A stretch of DNA of 64,000 nucleotides from an uncultured Verrucomicrobiae bacterium (GTDB taxonomy: Bacteria > Chlamydiota > Chlamydiia > Chlamydiales > Rhabdochlamydiaceae). This document shows positions 1 to 10,000 of the stretch, piece by piece. The stretch lies in assembly GCA_963731265.1 (NCBI GenBank), contig CAVSUE010000002.1, forward strand, positions 1 through 64,000. The letters are read 5' to 3'. Within the stretch, counting starts at the first letter, position 1; every line of letters starts with the position of its first letter. The notes under the pieces are model-generated. The model had not been told where the DNA came from. It saw nothing but the letters and a program-made list of their open reading frames with translations, and did not search any database. The position numbers and the translations under genes were made by a program.

Positions 1-1
1 A

Positions 2-184
2 AGGGGAAAATCGGGCGCAATGGGAGATCCGTTCAATCAAAAACCTACTATTTCGACAGTTCTTTATTCCATTCCACAAAAAAACATCTGCATTGTTGTT
101 CTTTCTAATAAAAAACTTTCGGGGAAGGCAAATTGGGCAGCTGATCTTGGAGAAAAAATCTTAGGTTCTGCAATTCCGATTTAG
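2..184 (+). CDS. 3' end of a probable serine hydrolase (beta-lactamase family), partial at window edge
   Basis: Frame 2 is open from the window start to TAG at 182-184 and reads RGKSGAMG...LYSIPQKNICIVVLSN..., resembling the C-terminal xPExxIxIVVLSN motif of that family. Confidence 0.45.
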   Translation, partial: RGKSGAMGDPFNQKPTISTVLYSIPQKNICIVVLSNKKLSGKANWAADLGEKILGSAIPI

Positions 185-214
185 GCCTAATCTAAAATCT
201 GCATCAGAAAAACA

Positions 215-379
215 TATACCGAAAATGACTCAAAAGTTGATTTTTTGGCTGCGTTGGCTATGCAGCAAATTTTTTGCCTTCACTTGCGCCTTGTGCTTGC
301 ACAATGGTCGCTCGCTCCAGACAAAAAATTTGCGCAACCGCCTTGCCAAATTCCCAACTTTTGAGTCATTTTCGGTATA
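215..379. mobile_element. ERIC-like MITE (TATACCGAAA family), 165 bp
   Basis: Perfect 25-bp terminal inverted repeat TATACCGAAAATGACTCAAAAGTTG / CAACTTTTGAGTCATTTTCGGTATA; related copy at 44955-45118. Confidence 0.8.
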
Positions 380-601
380 AGTTGCCGACTTTTGTGGCAA
401 ATGGGAAAAATGGCCCACTCTTCGGTTATATCGATGGAATTTTGAAGCAGAAAAAAAGAAGGTGTCCGCTGAAAAAGATAAGAAAGGCGAACCACACCTT
501 TACCTACATGAATGGATACCCATGCAAATAAATGAACAATTTTTTATCCATGGATTACAAACCAACTTACCGAGAAAGAGAGAAGAGCTAGCTGAACCGT
601 G

Positions 602-2758
602 TTATTCTACCCAGTGAAGAACGTCCCGGATGATCGACCAGCGGCGCTCTGTCGGCGCGACGATTTCCGTTTTGCCTTTGATCCACAAATCGTATTGTTT
701 ATCGGTAAACCCTTCTGCTTTCTTCAATTGGAGCCACTGGTTGAGATAATGTAAAAATCGTTGACTGTCGCCGCGAGTTGCATAGGCCAAGGTATCGAAT
801 CCAATAGGATGGGGGTAAAAAATGACGCGGAAATGTCGATGGCAAAGGGACCAAGCGATGGCTTCTGTTTCTTCCCATAGAAGGGCGACCTCCGGGTCGC
901 AGTCTTCAAATTGATCGTAACTGTCGAGATAAATCAATTCTTTGGATGGAAACACTTCTTTAGCCGCGGCTTCATAAGAAGATCCTTTACGCACGGCGAT
1001 TTTTAGTTTTTTATTTTCAATGACTTTGTCTATATTTGAAAATTGCTTTCTCATCTTTTCTTGGACAACAAGGACAAAACGAGGAGTAAGATAAGGGTCC
1101 GTGAATGTCAGGGCCTTTAAACGCGACTCGTTGATCGTGACGGCGGACATGGCAATATCATAATAATTCCCGTTGAGTTCTTCGCCGAGTTTGTCATACG
1201 TCATCGGGACAAAATCCAATTGACAGTCGAGATCGTAGGCCAATTCATAAGCAAAAGAAATATCATATCCCACAACATTGCCATCGACGTTAGGAAAACA
1301 AAAAGGGGCACAATTCGCATTATACCCGACTCGGATTGTTTTAGAGGCGAGAATTCGGTCAAAGGGATCGCCTTCGAAAGAAGTAGGCACAGGAGATTGA
1401 TTTTTATAAACATTAAGGGGGATCGTTGAAGTGATGTTCAATTCATAAATGCTTTTGATTTCATTTTTGATTTCAGGGAGAGGATTGAACATCTTAATTC
1501 CCGTGAAAACTAGAAGCAAGGGAAACAGGGTAAATAAGCCGTTTTTGAGGATTCTGCCCCAATTAAATTGGATCATGTTTCGGCAGGAAAGGGTGATAAA
1601 AAGAGACAAGGATGCAATTTCCATGACAGAAAGCATGGACTGAAACCCAGCGGTGAAAGGCAAAGTCGCGAGATAAAGATTAATCGATTCAACGGGAAGG
1701 CCTAAGGAATCGAGAATAAAAGTCAAAGTGTTGATCCAGGAACCGAGCCCAACAGCCCCTAGGCTCGTAAGAAATGTCGTGACGAAAAGCTTGATTTGGG
1801 CGGTCAGCAACAAAGGAATATTATAAAAAGTGGAAATAAAAAAGACGAAGACGGTGATGAAAAGCGATCCCAAAGGCAAATTGAAGACGACCGAGACCGT
1901 CCCCTGAATCTGATTTTGCGCCTTTCCGTCATTGGGGTCTAGAATTTGGGTTTCTTTTTTCAAAAGCTCAATAATATAGGGAAGGCAGACGATAACAATA
2001 TTGGTTGTATATGCGAGAAGGAGGATCGGTAAAAGCTGCTGGAGCCATCTATAGGAGGGAATAGAAGTCAGCGTCTGGGCAAGCCGCGGAAAGATCCAGA
2101 AAATAATGAGGGAAACCACGAAGATATAAAGGATTAGGTAGGTACTGACTTGTTTGACGGTGGAAAATTCAATGGTACCCACTTGGTTCGCGATGATGAG
2201 GAAAGTGCCGAACGGCGTGAGACGCGCAATCCAAGAGGTGATCCTGGTCAAAACATCGACAAGGTTTTCCATCCCCTTCATCATGACTTCTTTTTCTTTA
2301 AGGAACATCAGGGCGATGCCGATCAATAAAGAAAAAATCACGATGGCCGGAATAATATTATTGGCTAAATCGTAGAAGATATTATCGGGGATCAGAAGTT
2401 CGGCAAAGTTTAGCTGGGGGATTTCCCCTGAAACATACCCCCCGAGCTGGGTAGATTTGGGACGAGGGAAAAGATAGACGATAGTATAGATCATGAGAAT
2501 ATTGATCAGCCAAGCAAGACTAATGAATACTAGCCCCCTCTTGAGAATTTGTTTGGCCTGATAGACGCTGAGCTGCCCAACGCCATGAATGATGGCGCCG
2601 ATAAGGTAGGGAACCGCGGTCACCTTTAGCAGCATGATATAAGCCGCCGAGTAGGGAGCAAAAACTTCGCAAAGATCGCCGAAAAAAAGGCCAAAGAGGA
2701 TCCCTAGGACCGTGGCGAGCGCCATTTGCCATGTTAGAGATATTTTAAAAAGACGCAT
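602..2758 (-). CDS. Dicarboxylate/amino acid:cation symporter fused to a C-terminal periplasmic amino-acid-binding (PBPb) domain
   Basis: N-terminal multi-TM domain (IPDNIFYDL, RLTPFGTF) and C-terminal SBP family 3 motifs (IRVGYNANCAPF...VVGYDISFAYELA, DIAMSAVTINESR). Confidence 0.85.
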   Translation of the reverse strand: MRLFKISLTWQMALATVLGILFGLFFGDLCEVFAPYSAAYIMLLKVTAVPYLIGAIIHGVGQLSVYQAKQILKRGLVFISLAWLINILMIYTIVYLFPRPKSTQLGGYVSGEIPQLNFAELLIPDNIFYDLANNIIPAIVIFSLLIGIALMFLKEKEVMMKGMENLVDVLTRITSWIARLTPFGTFLIIANQVGTIEFSTVKQVSTYLILYIFVVSLIIFWIFPRLAQTLTSIPSYRWLQQLLPILLLAYTTNIVIVCLPYIIELLKKETQILDPNDGKAQNQIQGTVSVVFNLPLGSLFITVFVFFISTFYNIPLLLTAQIKLFVTTFLTSLGAVGLGSWINTLTFILDSLGLPVESINLYLATLPFTAGFQSMLSVMEIASLSLFITLSCRNMIQFNWGRILKNGLFTLFPLLLVFTGIKMFNPLPEIKNEIKSIYELNITSTIPLNVYKNQSPVPTSFEGDPFDRILASKTIRVGYNANCAPFCFPNVDGNVVGYDISFAYELAYDLDCQLDFVPMTYDKLGEELNGNYYDIAMSAVTINESRLKALTFTDPYLTPRFVLVVQEKMRKQFSNIDKVIENKKLKIAVRKGSSYEAAAKEVFPSKELIYLDSYDQFEDCDPEVALLWEETEAIAWSLCHRHFRVIFYPHPIGFDTLAYATRGDSQRFLHYLNQWLQLKKAEGFTDKQYDLWIKGKTEIVAPTERRWSIIRDVLHWVE

Positions 2759-2824
2759 AGTCTAAAGCGGCCTTTGGTCTTATCTATTACTAGGGAAACA
2801 GCAATAAAGAAATTTAAGCAATGG

Positions 2825-2864
2825 AAAAACGGTGATCCCTAACATGTAATGCTGGGGACCACCG
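2825..2864 (-). terminator. Intrinsic terminator downstream of mip
   Basis: Minus strand CGGTGGTCCCCAGCA-ttaca-TGTTAGGGATCACCG followed by TTTTT. Confidence 0.65.
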
Positions 2865-2886
2865 GAATAATAGAACAGACCAGTTG

Positions 2887-3636
2887 TTATCTTGTATCGG
2901 TTTTGATATCAGCGATTTCGTTTTTAGCGTTCTGAGCTTCCTCAGAAATTTCAGAGATTGGCGCGTTAGCTTTTACTATTTCAATATCAAATGTGAGCAA
3001 AGAGTTAGGGGGAAGATATCCATTTGTCCCATAGGCTAAGTCGGGATGAATGTAAACAGTGCGTTTTTCTCCTTCCCGCATTCCGAGAAGCCCGGCCTTT
3101 AATCCTGGAATGATCTCGTCTAGAGAAATGGTTTCTTCTTCTTTAGAAGCGCCAAAGACAGATCCATCCAGATATTTGCCTGTGTAGCGGACCAAGGGGG
3201 AAAAATGGGATTCGATCTCAGCACCATTCCCTTTTTCATTGACACGGTATAGGACCTTGCCTGCTTCTAAAGAAACGATGCCATCCCTTTTGGCATTGTC
3301 TGACAAAAATTTTTCCGCCCGGCTGAGATTCTCGGTGCACTGCTCTTTGAATACTTTTTCCTGAACAGAAGCTATCGCTTGAATGCATTCCATTTCAGAC
3401 ATGGGGGATTCTTTACCCGCAATAGCGTCTTGCAGTCCTTTAATCACTTGAGCCATTTCGAATTTGACTCCGATATTTTCGAGATTCTTGCCGATCACAT
3501 GCCCAAACGCTTCAGAAAGACGGGCAATTTCTACCGTCTGATTTGCACCATTTTGGACCTCAGGTTTTTCCTCAGCGGACAAGGAAGCGATGGCAAAGAT
3601 GCCCAGGAAAGAAAGAAGTCTAATTTGTCTTTTCAT
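2887..3636 (-). CDS. mip: Mip-like FKBP-type peptidyl-prolyl isomerase
   Basis: Signal peptide; FKBP motifs VRYTGKYLDGSVF, IIPGLKAGLLGMREGEKR, LAYG, LPPNSLLTFDIEI; chlamydial mip-aspS-hisS order. Confidence 0.9.
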   Translation of the reverse strand: MKRQIRLLSFLGIFAIASLSAEEKPEVQNGANQTVEIARLSEAFGHVIGKNLENIGVKFEMAQVIKGLQDAIAGKESPMSEMECIQAIASVQEKVFKEQCTENLSRAEKFLSDNAKRDGIVSLEAGKVLYRVNEKGNGAEIESHFSPLVRYTGKYLDGSVFGASKEEETISLDEIIPGLKAGLLGMREGEKRTVYIHPDLAYGTNGYLPPNSLLTFDIEIVKANAPISEISEEAQNAKNEIADIKTDTR

Positions 3637-3683
3637 AAACTCTCACAGGTAATGTAAAACGTAAAGTTACTGTATTCGGTATT

Positions 3684-5474
3684 TTAAATCCAATGAATTT
3701 CAACAGACTCAGCTCTGATTTCAAGCTCGCCGAGTTGTTTATCAGAAATTTTTGAGGGGCACTGCATCATCAGATCGCTGGCCTTTTGCGTTTTCGGAAA
3801 GGCGATCACATCGCGGATATTTTCTGTCTTGCAAAGGACCATGACAATTCTGTCCAACCCGAAGGCCAATCCCAAATGAGGAGGAGTCCCGTACTGCAAA
3901 GCTTCGACGAAAAAGCCAAATTTCTCTTTAATCTCTTCGGGTGATAACTTGAGAGCCCGAAAGATTTTTTCCTGTAGTTCGCTATTGTGAATACGCTGAG
4001 AGCCTCCGCCAATTTCATAGCCATTGAGGACAAGATCGTAGGCCAGCGCGCGAACTTTAAGCGGCTCTTTATCCAAAAGAGGGATGTCTTCGAAATTCGG
4101 CGATGTGAAGGGGTGATGCTCGCTCTCCAAACGATTTTCTTCCGCGTTCCATCGTAAAAGAGGAAAGTCTGTTACCCATAAAAAGTTGAGAGCATCAGCA
4201 GAGATGAGACTCCGGTCCCTTGCGATTTTTCTCCGCAGATGATCGAGTCCCTGGTTGACGCGGTCTTCAGGAGCGGCAGCAATGAAAATCAGATCATTGG
4301 GACCGATGTCCAATCGACTTTGAAGTTTTTTAAGCAGCTCTTCTGAAAAAAATTTGACTATGCTCGAGGTGAGGCCTTCTGCGCTGTTTTTCATCCACGC
4401 AAGCCCCGCTACTCCGAATTTGCCGATAAATTGCGTATAGGCATCGATCTCTTTTCGCGAAATGTCAGCGCCCCCTTTGACGCAAATGGCTTTAACAATT
4501 CCGTTGGTAGCCAGCTGTTCCAAAAAGACGCCGAAAGAACTTTCTTTGGCGATGTCATCGATGCGCACAAGCGGCATGCCAAAACGAAGATCGGGACGGT
4601 CAGTCCCGTAGTTTTCAAGACAATCGCTGTATTTCATATGCGGGAATGAAGAAGGGATACTCACTCCGATGCATTCTTTGAAAATGGAAGCGACAAGCCC
4701 CTCGAGAAGATGCATAAGATCTTCCGGAGTGCCAAAGCTCATTTCCAAGTCGATCTGAGTAAATTCAGGCTGCCTATCGGCTCTCAGGTCTTCATCCCTA
4801 AAGCAGGTAGCGATTTGAAAATAACGGTCCATTCCGGCCACCATCAACAGCTGCTTGAATAGTTGGGGTGATTGCGGAAGCGCATAAAAATTGCCGGGAT
4901 AAATACGCGAGGGGACCAGATAGTCGCGTGCGCCCTCTGGGGTGGATTTTGCCAGCACAGGCGTGGAAATCTCGAGAAAGCCCTGCTTGCTCATGTACGT
5001 GCGGGTGGAAAACATCGCTTGATGGCGCATCTGTAGTTTTTTAGCAATATCGCCGCGGCGGATATCGAGATACCGGTATTTTAGACGCAGCTCTTCATTG
5101 ACGTCCGTTTCTTCATCGCAAATGGAGAAAGGAGGGGTTTTAGCAGAGGAAAGAATTTCCAATGCGCTAATTTGGATCTCAATTTCACCCGTTGTCAATT
5201 TAGGATTGGTCATTCCTTCTGCGCGAGGGATCACCGTTCCTTTGACTGAAATGACCCATTCGCTGCGCAGCCTTGAAGCTTGCTCGAACATGTCTTTCGA
5301 GATAATAGCGGGATCGAAAATGAGCTGCGTCAAGCCATAACGGTCGCGTAGATCGATGAAGATTAGCCCGCCATGGTCGCGGCGGCGATTAACCCACCCC
5401 GAGAGCGTCACAGTATGTTTCAGGTGGGACCGGGTCAATTCCCCACAAGTATGCGTTCTTCTATAGTCAAACAT
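3684..5474 (-). CDS. aspS: Aspartate--tRNA ligase
   Basis: YRRTHTCGEL, RRDHGGLIFIDLRD, STPEGARDYLVPSR, FRDEDLRADRQPEFTQID; start set at ATG 5474. Confidence 0.97.
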   Translation of the reverse strand: MFDYRRTHTCGELTRSHLKHTVTLSGWVNRRRDHGGLIFIDLRDRYGLTQLIFDPAIISKDMFEQASRLRSEWVISVKGTVIPRAEGMTNPKLTTGEIEIQISALEILSSAKTPPFSICDEETDVNEELRLKYRYLDIRRGDIAKKLQMRHQAMFSTRTYMSKQGFLEISTPVLAKSTPEGARDYLVPSRIYPGNFYALPQSPQLFKQLLMVAGMDRYFQIATCFRDEDLRADRQPEFTQIDLEMSFGTPEDLMHLLEGLVASIFKECIGVSIPSSFPHMKYSDCLENYGTDRPDLRFGMPLVRIDDIAKESSFGVFLEQLATNGIVKAICVKGGADISRKEIDAYTQFIGKFGVAGLAWMKNSAEGLTSSIVKFFSEELLKKLQSRLDIGPNDLIFIAAAPEDRVNQGLDHLRRKIARDRSLISADALNFLWVTDFPLLRWNAEENRLESEHHPFTSPNFEDIPLLDKEPLKVRALAYDLVLNGYEIGGGSQRIHNSELQEKIFRALKLSPEEIKEKFGFFVEALQYGTPPHLGLAFGLDRIVMVLCKTENIRDVIAFPKTQKASDLMMQCPSKISDKQLGELEIRAESVEIHWI

Positions 5475-6771
5475 GGGATTTCTCACTGAATAGATGCTTA
5501 ATTTTATTGGGAAGGTCAGCAAGGGCGCAATCCGTAGACTCCCGTGTCGCCATATGTTTTATTTTTGCCGTTTTGGAAGACAACTCTTCCTCCCCGATGA
5601 CGAGAGCAAGCTCAGCGCCAAGCTGGTTTGCCAGTTGAAGCCCATGCTGGACTTTTTTTCCGCTCAGATCGATTTCCGCGGGAATTTTCTCATGTCTTAA
5701 CCGGCTGGCGAGATCGAATGTATAATGCATCGCCTTGTCCCCCATGGGAACAAGCATCACAAAAGGAGAACAAGGAGCAGGGAAAGGCACGTTCTGTTTG
5801 AGCATAGTCTGCAATAATCGCTCTATGCCGGTTGCAAATCCAGCTGAAGGCAAATGCGGACCGCCTATCGTTTCCGTAAGACCGTCGAATCTCCCGCCTC
5901 CAGTGATCGAATTTTGTGCCCCGAGGAGTTCGGTCGTCACTTCGAAGACTGTTTTCACGTAGTAATCCAACCCCCGCACCAATTTCTGGTTGACTGCGTA
6001 AGAGATTCTTAAATCATCCAGCAAGTACAAGACAGTATCGAAATGTTTTTTCGCATCTGCAGTCAAAAAGTCTTTAAGCATGGGCGCACTTTCCAAGATC
6101 TTCTGATCTTTTGCCTCTTTCGAATCTAAAATACGCAGGATGTTTTTATTGAAACGGGCTTGGCTGTCTGAAGACAATTCAGAAAAATAAGGGGTCAAAT
6201 AAGTCGTTAATGCCTGTTTGTAAGCAGCGCGCGACTCTGCATCGCCGACGGAATTGATCTGGACTGTCAAATTCTTCAATCCTAGCCTTCGAGAAATCTC
6301 GCAGGCTAGATCGATCAATTCGACATCTTGTTCCGGCGCGCCAATGCCGATCGCCTCTGCGCCAAACTGATGGAGCTGCCGATACCTTCCCGCTTGCGGC
6401 CGTTCATAGCGGAACATCGGGCCAATGTAATAATATTTATGTAAACCGGGCTGTGTATATAATTTTTTTTCGACAAAGCTGCGCATGACGGATGCCGTCT
6501 GTTCAGGACGCAGCGTCATCGACCGTTCTCCGCGGTCCATGAAAGTGTACATTTCTTTATTGACAATGTCGGAACTGTCGCCTACGCCCCGTACGAAAAG
6601 ATCTGTCCGCTCGAAGATCGGCGTTCGAATTTCTTTATACCCATAATCATGCGCCGTAATGCGCATGACATTTTCGAGATATTGCCAGCGGCTAGATTCG
6701 CGCCACTTGTCTTCTTCCTTCTCTTCGAAAGGAAGAATATCGAACGTTCCTTTAGGGATGGCATAATCCAT
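5467..6771 (-). CDS. hisS: Histidine--tRNA ligase
   Basis: PKGTFDILP, LRPEQTAS, FRYERPQAGRYRQ, LVRGLDYY, GGGRFDGL. Confidence 0.97.
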   Translation of the reverse strand: MDYAIPKGTFDILPFEEKEEDKWRESSRWQYLENVMRITAHDYGYKEIRTPIFERTDLFVRGVGDSSDIVNKEMYTFMDRGERSMTLRPEQTASVMRSFVEKKLYTQPGLHKYYYIGPMFRYERPQAGRYRQLHQFGAEAIGIGAPEQDVELIDLACEISRRLGLKNLTVQINSVGDAESRAAYKQALTTYLTPYFSELSSDSQARFNKNILRILDSKEAKDQKILESAPMLKDFLTADAKKHFDTVLYLLDDLRISYAVNQKLVRGLDYYVKTVFEVTTELLGAQNSITGGGRFDGLTETIGGPHLPSAGFATGIERLLQTMLKQNVPFPAPCSPFVMLVPMGDKAMHYTFDLASRLRHEKIPAEIDLSGKKVQHGLQLANQLGAELALVIGEEELSSKTAKIKHMATRESTDCALADLPNKIKHLFSEKSHV

Positions 6772-7020
6772 GAACAAAACCCACTAACAAATGAAACAAG
6801 AAATATATCTCCCCACACGTAATAGAGTAAAGAGCAAAGCATGGTAAAGGTTTAAAATGGAGAATTCCCGGTGTTATTATACGTCGGATATAGACAACGA
6901 ATTTAACAGCTGGCTTTGAAATATTTTTTTAAATTGAAAAACCCTGGGATTAGGGTAGACAGAATCGAAGTTGATGCGTATTCTTGGCGTATTAAAATTC
7001 TTTAGAATACGGACATTGTC

Positions 7021-10000
7021 ATGGAAAAGCAAAAAAGGTGGCAGCTTTACCTCATCGTCGCTGTCATTATATTGACTGTTTACAATATACTCCCGACAGT
7101 TTTTTTCTATTCCAAGCCCCTCAAATCTCCTATTGATGAAAAGCGCTCTCACGCAATCGCAGAGCAATTCGTCGATCGCGTCAACACGCTGGAACCCCAA
7201 GCGAGAGATTGGCTGGATTCTTTTTGCAGCTTAATTAAAGTTAAACCGCAATCGATTACGATCACTCCCGAACAACCCCAATTTGTCAGCATCCAATTCA
7301 AGAATGCTGAGGATGCCAATCTATTTCGCCAATATCTTCCCAGAGCCGGCGCGCTCATTCCGTTTGTCCCTGCTCAGTTAACATTGTATGATCCCCGCGA
7401 CACGACGAATAAAAATGTCTTAGTCCAACGCCGCATCCCTACCCATTTCGACCCCAAACAAATCAATAGTTACACAGAGTTCTCAAAGAAATTTGGCGAG
7501 AATCATCAGCCAATGCCCCTTTACCGGGCATTGACGGAAGACCGCATCATGCAGGTCGGCCTCGCTTTTGCCGGGCCTTCAGAAAATGCTTTATATGTTC
7601 AATCTTTGTCGGATAACCGCAATGAACAAGAGATACCAATACAGCTTGCGCAAAGCATTCTCTCCTTTACCAAAGTCTTCGGTGAAACTTCAAACGTAGC
7701 AACGCGCTATTTCGCCTCCTTCACGCAGATCAAAACCTCCGATCCGAAAAAACTCATTCAGAATTTCATTGCCGCGATGGATGGCATGAAAGAAAAAATT
7801 AAAGGGGAAAGAGGTGCTCTTCGGGATGAAAGCGAAAAGCTAAAGGCGGAAGGACAATTTTTAGAAATCGTCAAGCAACAGCGGCTTGAATTGCTGACCT
7901 CCCGCGAAAAAACCCTCGAACTCGCCTGTGCAGTAGTCAAGCGAAATGTTGAGAAGTTCGCTGCGGGGAACCCCCCTGCCACCTTCTCCTCTTTAGGTGC
8001 TGCAATGGAGAACAGCAAAAAGGAGAAAATTCAAACAATCTCTTTGGATGGGAATAACCCTTTCATCGAAAAATTGTCCATCGATTGGGGCAACGAGAAA
8101 ATCCTCGTTTCCTTATACCCCGATGTCGCAGAATTCAGGCAAAAACTCGATGAAAGCACAAAGCAGTCCTATTTACGGGATCAGGCCGACCAACTTCTCT
8201 ATAATGAAATCGCTATGGCCTCCCGCCAAGCAGGCGAAGAGATCTCCCCCTTCCAAAACCAATTTGAAATTCGTTTAAGCAAACTGAACAATAGCCAGAG
8301 CTTCATCGCTCTGCAATTGAGCAGCATCGCCGCGGCAGAATGCAAACAACTCAAAGAAATCGTATCGACAACTTGGCACCCTCAGCATCCCGATTTGAGC
8401 CCCGCTTCGTTTCCCATTTATGATTACGAAACTTACAGCAAGCTCCCTGCTTCGGAGAAAAACTTTGGGCTAGTGATTTATGCTCCAGTTTTAAATAAAA
8501 AAGCTCCTCCCCAAGGCTTTCACATGAACTCCATCTATGTGATTGCAAAAGGTATGGACAAGTTTATCCAACGCGTATCTAGCGAATCCCAGTCGGAACA
8601 GACCACGCAATTTATTGAAGACTTCAACCATCTCCGTGAAATCCTTCAGCGCAATGGGTTTGTAGGATATTCCGGCGCCGCCTATGCAGCCAGCCCGGAA
8701 TTCTCCCAAGATTTCATTTTCGAAGGGGAAGACTACTACCAAACAATCTTAAAAGCGACGCGGGAAGATTTTTCCGTGCATGGGACGAAACGGTACGCCG
8801 TTTTAGAATTCACCGACGTCGAACAGCGGATCTTGACTGAAAATAAGATCGACAACCGTCTCCATGAAGATTTGCTCAAATGGCGCGATGACTATTATGC
8901 CGCAAAGCTCGGCATCCGCGGCGTTTCTAAATTCGATGTTCCCAAGCCAACTCAAAATGTTCTTTGGGATAATTTTAAATTGAGTCTCGTGAAATACTTC
9001 CGCGGCGACGACCGCAAAATTCTACATTGGGGGCTCGACCTTTCGGGAGGAAAAACTGTCCAGATCGAGCTTCGCGACAGCAATAATCGCATCGTCACCG
9101 ATCCTAATGACATCAAACAAGGGATCAATGAGCTTTACAACCGCGTGAACAAGATGGGCGTTTCGGAGGTCAGCATCCGCCAGGAAGGAAATTTCATCAC
9201 CCTCGATTTTCCGGGATCCCAAGGCCTTTCAGCGGCGGAGCTCGTCAAGGCTTCCACGATGTATTTCCACATCGTCAATGAAAAGTTCGGTCCCAATAAT
9301 CCCCAGTTAGCGGACTCAGCTAACCGCTTCCTTCAGGAAATCTGGAATGAAGCTATCGTGACAAATCGAAAAGGAATTGAAGATATCAATGCCATTGCGT
9401 GGAAGCACCTGTATGGTGACTCCATGGATCCGGATGTGATCCAGCCCCGAAGCGAGGCCGCTCGCACGCTTTACGAAAATGGAATGAGGTTCGCCAATCC
9501 TCAAGAAACAGCTGTTTCCGGCACTTTCAACGAGACCTACTCAAAAATTGCCACTTTCCGCGGAGAAGATTTTACGGATTGGCAAGGGCAAACGCATCCA
9601 TTGCTTATCGTCTTCCGCAACTTTGCTTGCGAAGGCTCTAACCTGGAAAACATTCAAGCGTCTTATGATCCTTCTAAAGGCAACTTTCTCGCCTTTTCGA
9701 TCAGAGGTTCCTACACGAATAAAGAAGGGCAGAAAATCAATCCCCGCGATGATCTTTATGCGTGGAGTTCCCAATTTGCGAAAGAAAAAATCACAGGCAC
9801 CCCCATCGAAGCTTATTCCAACGGCCGCGGCTGGAGAATGGCCGTCATATTAAACGGCTCCGTCATTAGTGCACCAACTTTAGATTCTGCCTTAAGGGAC
9901 AGCGCCATGATCAGCGGCAGTTTTACGCAGAGGGAGATCAATCAACTAGAGGCAGATCTTAAAGCAGGATCTTTAACCTTCACGCCGCATATTCTTTCTG

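Noticed and set aside
230..531. Short ORFs 230-418, 274-531 and 280-495
   Set aside because: They overlap the 215-379 palindromic element and have no protein-like motifs; an open frame at ~381-617 may be a gene remnant but has no clear start
6877..7200. 107-aa minus-strand ORF and the many other antisense ORFs inside housekeeping genes
   Set aside because: They overlap well-supported genes on the other strand or frame and have no independent evidence
7021..9000. Very long N-terminal region of SecDF as a novel fusion
   Set aside because: An enlarged SecDF is an established feature of chlamydiae
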